25,903 bases of DNA, from positions 23,202-49,104 of the forward strand of contig JBBDTI010000016.1 in assembly GCA_040904565.1 (NCBI GenBank). The letters run 5' to 3'. Made by a program: the position numbers and the translations under genes. Under the pieces are notes generated by a model. The model saw only the letters and a list, made by a program, of their open reading frames with translations, did no database searches and was not told the origin of the DNA. This DNA is from Rhodothermales bacterium (GTDB lineage Bacteria > Bacteroidota > Rhodothermia > Rhodothermales > VXPQ01). This document shows, piece by piece, positions 8,606-15,908 of the stretch (position 1 is its first letter; each line of letters begins with the position of its first letter).

Positions 8606-10102
8606 ATGAAACACCTCAGTGAGCTGCCCGACGCACACCTGCGCATCTTCGAGCGGCCGGAGCTTCCGCCCCCCGACGAGATCGAGTCCGTCCACCTCGT
8701 CGGCGTCTGCGGCACCGGCATGGGATCACTTGCAGGACTTCTGGTGGAGGCCGGCTATCACGTGCGCGGCTCCGACGAGAACTGCTATCCGCCCATGAGC
8801 ACGCGCATTGAGGAGATGGGGATCGAGCTCCTCGAAGGCTTCGATCCCGCGCACCTCGATCCCGAGCCCGATCTCGTGGTCGTCGGCAACGCGTGCACGC
8901 CGACCCATCCGGAGGCGGCCCATGCCCGCGAGCACCACATGACCCAGGTCTCGTTTCCGGAGGCGCTCTCCCATTTTTTCCTGACCGGCAGACGCTCCCT
9001 CGTCGTCGCAGGCACCCACGGCAAGACGACGACCACGGGCATGCTCGTGCACGTGCTGCGGGAAGCCGGACTCGATCCCGGCTTTCTGGTCGGCGGCGTT
9101 ATGCTGAACGGCAACGTGTCCTACGGCCTCGGAACGGGACCGCACTTCGTCGTGGAAGGCGACGAGTACGACAGCGCGTACTTCGATAAGCGGCCCAAAA
9201 TGATGCACTATCAGCCGGCCGGCGCGGTCGTTACGTCGATGGAATTCGACCACGCGGATATCTATTCGGACTGGAAGGATTATCGGGACGCCTTCCGACG
9301 CTTCGCGCGGCTGGTCGACGCGGACGGGCTGGTCGTGCTGAATGGGGAAGATGCGAACGTTCGTGCCCTCGAAGATCACACGCGTGGCCGCGTCCGCTAC
9401 ATCGGCCTCGATCCATCCTGGTGTGACGTTGCAGCCACCTCCGTGCATCCCGTCGAGGGCGGCGAGCGGTTTACCCTCGTGGTCGACGGGACCGAGCAGG
9501 CCGACGTATTTCTTCCCATGAGCGGGTACCACAACGTCCTCAACGCCCTCGCCGTTTGTGCCCTCGCGCTCGATGAAGGCGTCTCCCCCGAGCAGCTCGC
9601 GACGGGATTCGCTTCCTTCAAAGGGCTTCGCCGAAGGCAGGAAGTGCGCGCGAAAGCCGCCGGCGTCATCGTCATCGACGATTTCGCCCATCATCCTACG
9701 GCCGTACGCAAGACGATCGAGTCCATCGCCGCGCGCTGGCCCAACCGGCGCATCGTCGCCGTCTTCGAGCCGCGCTCCAACTCGAGCCGCCGCAAGGTCT
9801 TCGAGGTACCCTACGGCAACGCGTTCGATGCCGCCGATTACGCCTTCATCAGCAGCCCGCCGCTGCGGCACAACGACGATGCCGACGCGATGCTCGACGT
9901 CACCCGCGTCGTCGAAATGATCGAAGCCGCTGGCACGCCGGCGTCCGCCTACGAGAACGCCGAGGCCCTCCTTCCACCGCTCCTCAACGAACTGCGTCCC
10001 GGCGACGTGGCCCTTATAATGAGTAACGGAAGCTTCGGCGGCATCCACGACAAGCTGATCGCCTCGCTCGAAATGCGGGAGCAAACCTCCCTGCACGGCT
10101 GA
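8606..10102 (+). CDS. mpl: UDP-MurNAc:L-Ala-gamma-D-Glu-mDAP ligase (murein peptide ligase)
   Basis: GVCGTGMGSLA, GTHGKTTT, EGDEYDSAYFDKRPK, DDFAHHPTA, FEPRSNS and MSNGSFGGIH; the FDKR, EPRSN and MSNG.FGG motifs favour Mpl over MurC. Confidence 0.88.
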   Translation: MKHLSELPDAHLRIFERPELPPPDEIESVHLVGVCGTGMGSLAGLLVEAGYHVRGSDENCYPPMSTRIEEMGIELLEGFDPAHLDPEPDLVVVGNACTPTHPEAAHAREHHMTQVSFPEALSHFFLTGRRSLVVAGTHGKTTTTGMLVHVLREAGLDPGFLVGGVMLNGNVSYGLGTGPHFVVEGDEYDSAYFDKRPKMMHYQPAGAVVTSMEFDHADIYSDWKDYRDAFRRFARLVDADGLVVLNGEDANVRALEDHTRGRVRYIGLDPSWCDVAATSVHPVEGGERFTLVVDGTEQADVFLPMSGYHNVLNALAVCALALDEGVSPEQLATGFASFKGLRRRQEVRAKAAGVIVIDDFAHHPTAVRKTIESIAARWPNRRIVAVFEPRSNSSRRKVFEVPYGNAFDAADYAFISSPPLRHNDDADAMLDVTRVVEMIEAAGTPASAYENAEALLPPLLNELRPGDVALIMSNGSFGGIHDKLIASLEMREQTSLHG

Positions 10103-10141
10103 GCGAGTGGCGCTGGTTGCGGGCGTACGGCCTTCGCTCGG

Positions 10142-10283
10142 CGCCGCCGCAATCCGAGCAGCCCGCCGCCGCGACCCGAACAGCCCGCCGCCGCGGCCCG
10201 AACAGCCCGCCGCCGCAATCCGAACAGCCCGCCGCCGCGGCCCGAACAGCCCGCCGCCGGCGGCCCGAGCCGCCGCGACCCGA
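10142..10283. repeat. 22-bp tandem repeat, 5 full units plus 2 decayed units
   Basis: Consensus cgccgccgc(aat/gac/ggc)ccgaacagcc with units at 10142, 10164, 10186, 10208, 10230. Confidence 0.93.
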
Positions 10284-10325
10284 CACCATCTACCAACCGT
10301 CCTGCCCGCCAGACACCCACCCGCC

Positions 10326-11531
10326 ATGCGCCATCTATCGCCCGTTACGCTGGTCTTCTCCGTGATGCTGCTCTTCGGCTGCGACGCCCGCTCCTCATCC
10401 ACAGAAAATGAAGCGCTCCTCGCGCGGGCGGATTCGCTCGTGCGTGCAACCATCATCGTAGACGGACACATCGACGTGCCGTACCGCCTGGATGCCTTCT
10501 ATGAGGACATCTCCGAAGCGACGTTCGGCGGCGATTTCGACTACCCCCGCGCCGCAGCGGGCGGACTGGACGCCCCCTTCATGTCCATCTACATCCCCGC
10601 CGAGTATCAGGAAACCGGCGGTGCCGCCGAGAAGGCGGATTCCCTCATCGACATGGTCGACGGATTCGTGGAGCAGTGGCCGGATAAGTTCGCACACGCT
10701 CGCTCCGTCGAGGACGTGCGAGCGAATTTCGAAGCCGGACGTATCTCCCTCCCCATGGGCATGGAGAACGGAGCGCCGATCGGCGACGATCTCTCGCGGC
10801 TTGCGTACTTCTACGACCGGGGCATCCGGTACATCACCCTGACCCATTCGCGCGTGAATCTGATCAGCGATTCGTCCTACGACACGACCCGCGTCCACCA
10901 CGGCCTCAGTCCGTTCGGTGAGGAGGTCGTGCGCGAAATGAATCGGCTCGGGATGATCGTCGACGTATCGCACGTGTCGGACAGCGCCTTCTACGACGTC
11001 ATGGATGTTACGACCGCCCCGGTGATGGCGACGCACTCATCTGCACGCGCGTTTACCCCCGGTTGGGAGCGGAACATGAGCGACGACATGATCGAGCGCC
11101 TCGCCGAGAACGGCGGCGTCATCATGATCAACTTCGGATCGTCCTTTCTGCGTGAGGGTTACGACGCGGAGGGTGATGCCATCCGGGACAGCCTGCTGCG
11201 GGAGCTGGAAGAGGCGGGATACGAGGAAGGCACCGCCGAGTGGGTCCGACGCTTCGAAGAGGAGCGAAAGAACCATCTCATCGGGACAACCGAGGACGTC
11301 GTCGCACACATCAACCACGTCGTCGACCTCGTCGGCATCGAGCACGTCGGACTCGGCTCGGACTACGACGGCGTCTTCGCGCTGCCGGCCGGACTCGAAG
11401 ATGCGTCGACCTATCCCCATCTCGTCTATCACCTTCTCCTCGAGGGGTACAGCGACGAGGATATACGCAAGATCCTCGGCGAGAACGCGCTCCGCGTCTG
11501 GTCGGACGTCGAAGCAGAGGCGGGGCGATAG
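10326..11531 (+). CDS. Membrane dipeptidase (peptidase M19), lipoprotein
   Basis: Start reassigned to ATG 10326, giving signal peptide MRHLSPVTLVFSVMLLFG|C; motifs DGHID, GMENG, DVSH, THS, GSDYDG. Confidence 0.92.
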   Translation: MRHLSPVTLVFSVMLLFGCDARSSSTENEALLARADSLVRATIIVDGHIDVPYRLDAFYEDISEATFGGDFDYPRAAAGGLDAPFMSIYIPAEYQETGGAAEKADSLIDMVDGFVEQWPDKFAHARSVEDVRANFEAGRISLPMGMENGAPIGDDLSRLAYFYDRGIRYITLTHSRVNLISDSSYDTTRVHHGLSPFGEEVVREMNRLGMIVDVSHVSDSAFYDVMDVTTAPVMATHSSARAFTPGWERNMSDDMIERLAENGGVIMINFGSSFLREGYDAEGDAIRDSLLRELEEAGYEEGTAEWVRRFEEERKNHLIGTTEDVVAHINHVVDLVGIEHVGLGSDYDGVFALPAGLEDASTYPHLVYHLLLEGYSDEDIRKILGENALRVWSDVEAEAGR

Positions 11532-11572
11532 CAGGCCGCGGGGCGATAGCAGGCCGCGGGGCGATAGCAGGC
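11520..11572. repeat. 18-bp tandem repeat x3 containing the dipeptidase stop codon
   Basis: gcggggcgaTAGcaggcc x2 plus gcggggcgatagcaggc. Confidence 0.95.
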
Positions 11573-11611
11573 GGCACCCTCGCCAATTCCCGCACGGATT
11601 CAGCCGCGGCT

Positions 11612-11643
11612 TTACTTCGAACCCGCATTACTTCGAACCAGCT
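11612..11643. repeat. 16-bp period duplication upstream of the orphan HNH-like gene
   Basis: ttacttcgaacccgca / ttacttcgaaccagct. Confidence 0.75.
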
Positions 11644-11760
11644 GCTCCGACCCGTTCCTCTCCGATTTATATCCATGTTTCCTATTCGGCGTCATATTCC
11701 TGCCCACGTCGTGTCTATCTGTTTGCATCAACCGCAGAGATTTATCCAGACAGACGTCCC

Positions 11761-12642
11761 ATGGAGGCGCCGATATCGATTCGTTTGGCGCTCGACAGAC
11801 CGCAAAAGGCGTATTCCGTCGACGAGGCGGTCGACTTTATCTACCGGGTACACGTACAGCTGGAGTCGGTCGAACTGTACCGCCTGAAGCTGAAATGGTG
11901 GATGGGGTGCGTGCTCACGCACACGGCCCGCCCTGATGGATCCCGGATCGACATCGTCGACGAAATCGCGGCGCGCCTGTGGGCCGAGCATCGTATCCGG
12001 GCCGGACGATCCGTACTGTATCAGTGCATGAAGCTCTACCAGGGCCTGCATGGAGATTATGCGCGGTTCGAGGCCTGGCTGGCCTCACGTAAAGAAGCTT
12101 TTCACCGGCCCGTCTACTGGTACGACGTCGTGGAAGACCTGCTCGGCGGGCGTAACAATCCGGCCGTCATTGGTGTCGAGGAAGCCGACGAACGCGACTA
12201 TCGGGACGCGGAGCGCGCGATGGAAGCCATCGAGCGCATTATCCTTCGGGCACGGGAGGGCAATGAGGAGGCGGCCGGCGTCCTCGAAGGCCTTCGCCAG
12301 AATCTCATCGGCCTCATGTTGATGGAGGATCGCCGCAACTCCACCCCGCGAAGCGCCGAGTACGTGCGCTTCGTGGCCTCCTACCCCTGCCTCGCCTGCG
12401 GCCGGCCGTCAGACGCGCATCACGCCCTGGGACGAGGCGGTACCGGAACGAAACCGAGCGATTTCGGGTGCATTCCGCTCTGCCGGGAGCACCACATTGC
12501 ACTTCACCAGTCGGGGGCTCGATCCTTCGAGCGCTTCTACCACGTATCGCTCGTAGAAGTCGCGCTCAACCTCATCCACAAGTTCATCACCGGATCGTGG
12601 CTTACGATGCACCTGCATCGGCACGACAAGAGAGGCGCTTGA
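11761..12642 (+). CDS. Hypothetical protein (293 aa) with C-terminal DUF968-like HNH/zinc-finger domain and possible DUF1016_N-like N-terminus
   Basis: Start at ATG 11761; C-terminal YVRFVASYPCLACG..DAHH..G.GGTGTKPSD...IPLCREHH..LH matches the DUF968/Ref-like CxxC-HH-CxxHH pattern. Confidence 0.75.
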   Translation: MEAPISIRLALDRPQKAYSVDEAVDFIYRVHVQLESVELYRLKLKWWMGCVLTHTARPDGSRIDIVDEIAARLWAEHRIRAGRSVLYQCMKLYQGLHGDYARFEAWLASRKEAFHRPVYWYDVVEDLLGGRNNPAVIGVEEADERDYRDAERAMEAIERIILRAREGNEEAAGVLEGLRQNLIGLMLMEDRRNSTPRSAEYVRFVASYPCLACGRPSDAHHALGRGGTGTKPSDFGCIPLCREHHIALHQSGARSFERFYHVSLVEVALNLIHKFITGSWLTMHLHRHDKRGA

Positions 12643-12829
12643 GCGACGTGTTGAGAATTGCCTTTGCCGGCTCCGTCCCGGGGCGCGTGTACGGCAGTGC
12701 CAGCGCGTACGGTATGCCTGCGTATACCGAATGTCAGAACGTGTAAGTCATGGCCGCCGCAGCGCCCCATGCTCGAACGTGTTTCCACGCGATTTCCAGG
12801 AATGAGCAGGCGACCCCCGAAATTCGGCG

Positions 12830-12852
12830 AAAAAACGCGTTTCCATACGCGT
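12830..12852 (-). terminator. Possible intrinsic terminator on the minus strand (glyQS side)
   Basis: Minus strand reads ACGCGT-ATGGAA-ACGCGT followed by TTTTT, about 220 bp past the glyQS stop; alternative pairings exist. Confidence 0.4.
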
Positions 12853-12902
12853 GGAAACAGAATTTCTGGCTACGTACCAAGATATTATCGTGCCAAAAAA
12901 TC

Positions 12903-12934
12903 CGACCTGTGCCACAGACGACCTGGGCCACACA
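12903..12934. repeat. 16-bp tandem duplication
   Basis: cgacctgtgccacaga / cgacctgggccacaca. Confidence 0.7.
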
Positions 12935-12982
12935 CCACCGACGCGGCAGATGTCCGACGCCACGTATGACCGGCGCCAAACT

Positions 12983-13028
12983 CCCGGCCGGCACCATATA
13001 CCCGGCCGGCACCACATACACGGCCGGC
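12983..13028. repeat. 18-bp tandem repeat, about 2.5 units
   Basis: cccggccggcaccatata / cccggccggcaccacata / cacggccggc. Confidence 0.8.
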
Positions 13029-13069
13029 CCGGCCCGACGAGTCAGTGACCCGTATCCAACGCTGACCGC

Positions 13070-14506
13070 CTACCCTTCCCGCCTCCACCCCCGCATCCGG
13101 TCCTGGATATACGGCACCGCATTGTCCTTGGGAATGCGATCCTGCTCCATCGAGTCGCGGTCGCGAATCGTGACGGTACCGTCCTCGAGGGTATCTCCGT
13201 CCACGGTGATGCAGAACGGCGTCCCCGCCTCGTCCATCCGTCGGTAGCGCTTGCCGATAGAGCCGCTCTCGTCGTAGAAGGCGTTGAACGACTTCCGGAG
13301 ATCCGCCTCGATCTCGTGGGCCACCTCGGGCATGCCCTCACGCTTGACGAGCGGGAAAACGGCCGCCTTGATCGGCGCCACGTCGGGGTGGAACTTCATC
13401 ACCACGCGCTCCTCTCCCTCGACCTCTTCTTCCTCGTAGGCCTCACAGAGCAGCATGAGGATGGTCCGGTCGAGTCCGGCCGATGTCTCCACCACGTAGG
13501 GAATGTACTTCTCCTGCTTGTACGGATCGAAGTACTCCATCTTCTTGCCTGAGAACTCCTGGTGTCGTTTGAGATCGTAGTCCGTCCGCGAGTGAATGCC
13601 TTCGATTTCCTGCCATCCAATCGGAAACTCGTACTGCACGTCGAAGGCTGCATCCGCATAGTGCGCGAGCTTCTCGTGTTCGTGCCACCGTAGCTTGCTC
13701 GGACGGATGCCGTTCGCGATGTGCCACTGCATGCGCTTCTCACGCCATTCCTCGAAATGCTCCATCTGCGTTCCAGGCTTGACGAAGTACTGCATCTCCA
13801 TCTGCTCGAATTCGCGCATCCGGAAGATGAACTGACGCGCCACGATCTCATTGCGGAACGCCTTGCCGATTTGTGCGATGCCGAACGGCACCTGCTGGCG
13901 TGACGTCTCCTGTGCGAGGCGAAAGTTGACGAAGATGCCCTGCGCCGTCTCCGGACGAAGGTAGACGCGATTGTCCGCGTCGGCGACCGGACCGATATGC
14001 GTCTGAAACATAAGGTTGAACTGCCGCACCTCCGTCCAGTCGAACGCACCGGAGTCCGGGCCACGGATCTCCTCATCCATGATGATCTCGTAGAGCGCCT
14101 TCGGCAAATCGTCGCTGTTCAGTGCCGCCACGAACCGTTGGCGAACGGCGTCCGCCCGTTCGTCCTTCCCGTCCGAGCGCAGCTTCTCGATGTGATTCTC
14201 GATCAGGTCGTCCGCCCGGTATCGATACTTCGACGCTTTGTCGTCGATCATCGGATCGTTGAACGCGTCCACGTGGCCCGACGCCTTCCAGACCTCCGGA
14301 TGCATGAGAATGGCGGCGTCCAGACCCTCGATGTTGTCGTGGCGATACACCATATGCTGCCACCAGCGCTCCGTCACGTTGCGCTTCAGCTCGACGCCGA
14401 GCGGACCGTAATCGTACGTCGCGCCGAGCCCACCGTAGATGTCCGAAGACTGAAAGATGAAGCCGCGACGCTTCGAGAGGGAGACTATCTTGTCGAGAAC
14501 GTCCAT
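13070..14506 (-). CDS. glyQS: Glycine--tRNA ligase, homodimeric (eukaryote-like, class IIa)
   Basis: KRRGF..SDIYGG, YDYGPLG, SGHV..F.DP, FNLMF, LRPETAQG, GKAFRNEI, FRMREFEQME and SIGKRYRRMDEAGTP. Confidence 0.97.
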   Translation of the reverse strand: MDVLDKIVSLSKRRGFIFQSSDIYGGLGATYDYGPLGVELKRNVTERWWQHMVYRHDNIEGLDAAILMHPEVWKASGHVDAFNDPMIDDKASKYRYRADDLIENHIEKLRSDGKDERADAVRQRFVAALNSDDLPKALYEIIMDEEIRGPDSGAFDWTEVRQFNLMFQTHIGPVADADNRVYLRPETAQGIFVNFRLAQETSRQQVPFGIAQIGKAFRNEIVARQFIFRMREFEQMEMQYFVKPGTQMEHFEEWREKRMQWHIANGIRPSKLRWHEHEKLAHYADAAFDVQYEFPIGWQEIEGIHSRTDYDLKRHQEFSGKKMEYFDPYKQEKYIPYVVETSAGLDRTILMLLCEAYEEEEVEGEERVVMKFHPDVAPIKAAVFPLVKREGMPEVAHEIEADLRKSFNAFYDESGSIGKRYRRMDEAGTPFCITVDGDTLEDGTVTIRDRDSMEQDRIPKDNAVPYIQDRMRGWRREG

Positions 14507-14673
14507 TTCTAGGTTTCTGGTTGCAGGGGTCAGGTAGATGGTTGCGACGTACGCCCGGAAATGACTTCACACGGAGGTATCGGCCAGGAGAATACATCCC
14601 AAACCGGGGGCGCGAACGGGTCGAGCGTCATACTAGAAAGATCTCGCCATTGATTCCACGGATCTCGTTGAAA

Positions 14674-14759
14674 ACCGCATGAGGACGGGGGTGCTCCCGG
14701 TGACATCTGCCAACCTCGAGTGGGAACAGCTCGCGTTTGGTACCGCATGAGGACGGGGG
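14674..14759. repeat. Two identical 18-bp direct repeats (68-bp period), each running into a short GC hairpin
   Basis: accgcatgaggacggggg at 14674-14691 and 14742-14759. Confidence 0.85.
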
Positions 14760-14768
14760 GAGAGCCCC

Positions 14769-15629
14769 CTACATCAACTGACGCTCGGCCATGGACGTGT
14801 AGCCGTTGCCGGCGACGATGATGTGGTCGTGGAGCGGGATCCCCATCAACTGGCCCGCCTCGACGAGCTGCCGCGTGATGCGGACATCTTCCCGGCTGGG
14901 CTCCGGGTTGCCGGATGGATGATTGTGGACGCAGATAAGCGCCGCCGCGTTTTCCAGCACGGCCTTCTGAAAGATCGCCCGCGGCTCGACGATGCTCGAG
15001 GCCAGTCCGCCCTCGCTGACCCGGACGTCTCCGATGATCACGTTCGCCGTGTTGAGGAAGATAACGTCGAAGACCTCCCGGGGCAGGTCGCGCAGCCGCG
15101 GCACGTAGATGCCGGCCACGTCCTCCGGAGAAGAGACCTGGATGCGGTCGGTGTCGGACGGCTGCGCCTCGATGCGGCGACCGATCTCGAAGGCGGCGGC
15201 GAGCTGGACGGACTTCGCCGGGCCGATGCCCACGACCCGCATCAGCTCGCGCACGTCGCGTCGGGATACGTCCCGCAGCGATCCAAACGTGCTCAGCAGC
15301 GTCCGCCCCAGCTGAACGGCGGATGCCGATCCCGAGCGGGTTCGCGTCCCCGACCGAAAGATGAGTCCGATCAGCTCGGCGTCCGTCAGCACGCCCGTGC
15401 CGCGTGCCATGACTCGTTCTCGCGGCCGCTCCGATTCGTCCCACTCCTTGATGGGCACCTGATACCGGATGTCCGGTTCGGCGGCGGGGTCGATTACCGG
15501 TTCGGCGGCGGGGTCGATTACCGATTCGGCGGCGGGGTCGATTTCCGGCTCGTGGCCAGGATCTGGTACCGGCTCGGCGCCAGGGTCGATTTCCCGGAAG
15601 ACGTGTGGGACGATGCGTTCGAGCGCCAT
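14769..15629 (-). CDS. radC: RadC-family JAB/MPN domain protein with HhH region and repetitive N-terminus
   Basis: ERPRER, LTDAELI, GIGPAK, HNHPSGNPEPSRED and HDHII; start chosen at ATG 15629, preceded by GAGGAG. Confidence 0.92.
   Translation of the reverse strand: MALERIVPHVFREIDPGAEPVPDPGHEPEIDPAAESVIDPAAEPVIDPAAEPDIRYQVPIKEWDESERPRERVMARGTGVLTDAELIGLIFRSGTRTRSGSASAVQLGRTLLSTFGSLRDVSRRDVRELMRVVGIGPAKSVQLAAAFEIGRRIEAQPSDTDRIQVSSPEDVAGIYVPRLRDLPREVFDVIFLNTANVIIGDVRVSEGGLASSIVEPRAIFQKAVLENAAALICVHNHPSGNPEPSREDVRITRQLVEAGQLMGIPLHDHIIVAGNGYTSMAERQLM
15474..15593 (-). repeat. 24-bp in-frame tandem repeat x5 in radC
   Basis: Encodes EIDPGAEP VPDPGHEP EIDPAAES VIDPAAEP VIDPAAEP. Confidence 0.92.
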
Positions 15630-15711
15630 GTGGCTCCTCGTATGCTGATACGTACGTCGGCTTCCCGAAATGCAAAGCCGGCTGCTATCAACAGACACTT
15701 CCGAGCTCGTA

Positions 15712-15791
15712 ATATGACCCGCACCCGATATGACCCGCACCCGATTTGACCCGCACCCGATATGACCCGCACCCGATTTAACCCGCACCCG
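15712..15791. repeat. 16-bp tandem repeat x5 between rho and radC
   Basis: at(a/t)t(g/a)acccgcacccg with units at 15712, 15728, 15744, 15760, 15776. Confidence 0.95.
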
Positions 15792-15908
15792 GCAACCGCC
15801 TGCAGCAGCAGAGCGATCACGGTAATACGACGAGCCAGGCACGCAACACGGGGCGCTACGCATCCTCGCTACCCATCCATACGTGCGGCGGCAGCTGACG
15901 TCCCGCTA

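Noticed and set aside
10107-10325. N-terminal extension of the dipeptidase ORF
   Set aside because: It is a translation of the 22-bp repeat; ATG 10326 gives a clean lipoprotein signal peptide.
11152-11760. Extended 496-aa version of the HNH-like ORF
   Set aside because: It overlaps the dipeptidase in another frame and runs through repeats; ATG 11761 is more plausible.
11573-13069. Prophage or IS remnant around the DUF968-like gene
   Set aside because: No integrase, transposase, terminal inverted repeats or target-site duplication found by eye.
12658-13247. Short ORFs in the spacer between the HNH-like gene and glyQS
   Set aside because: Several overlapping frames with no motifs, partly repeat-derived or antisense to glyQS.
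14674-14759. Mini-CRISPR or T-box upstream of glyQS
   Set aside because: Only two 18-bp copies and no cas genes; no T-box consensus or terminator/antiterminator was recognised.
15630-15863. Longer radC start
   Set aside because: It reads through a 16-bp non-triplet repeat; ATG 15629 has a GAGGAG ribosome-binding site.
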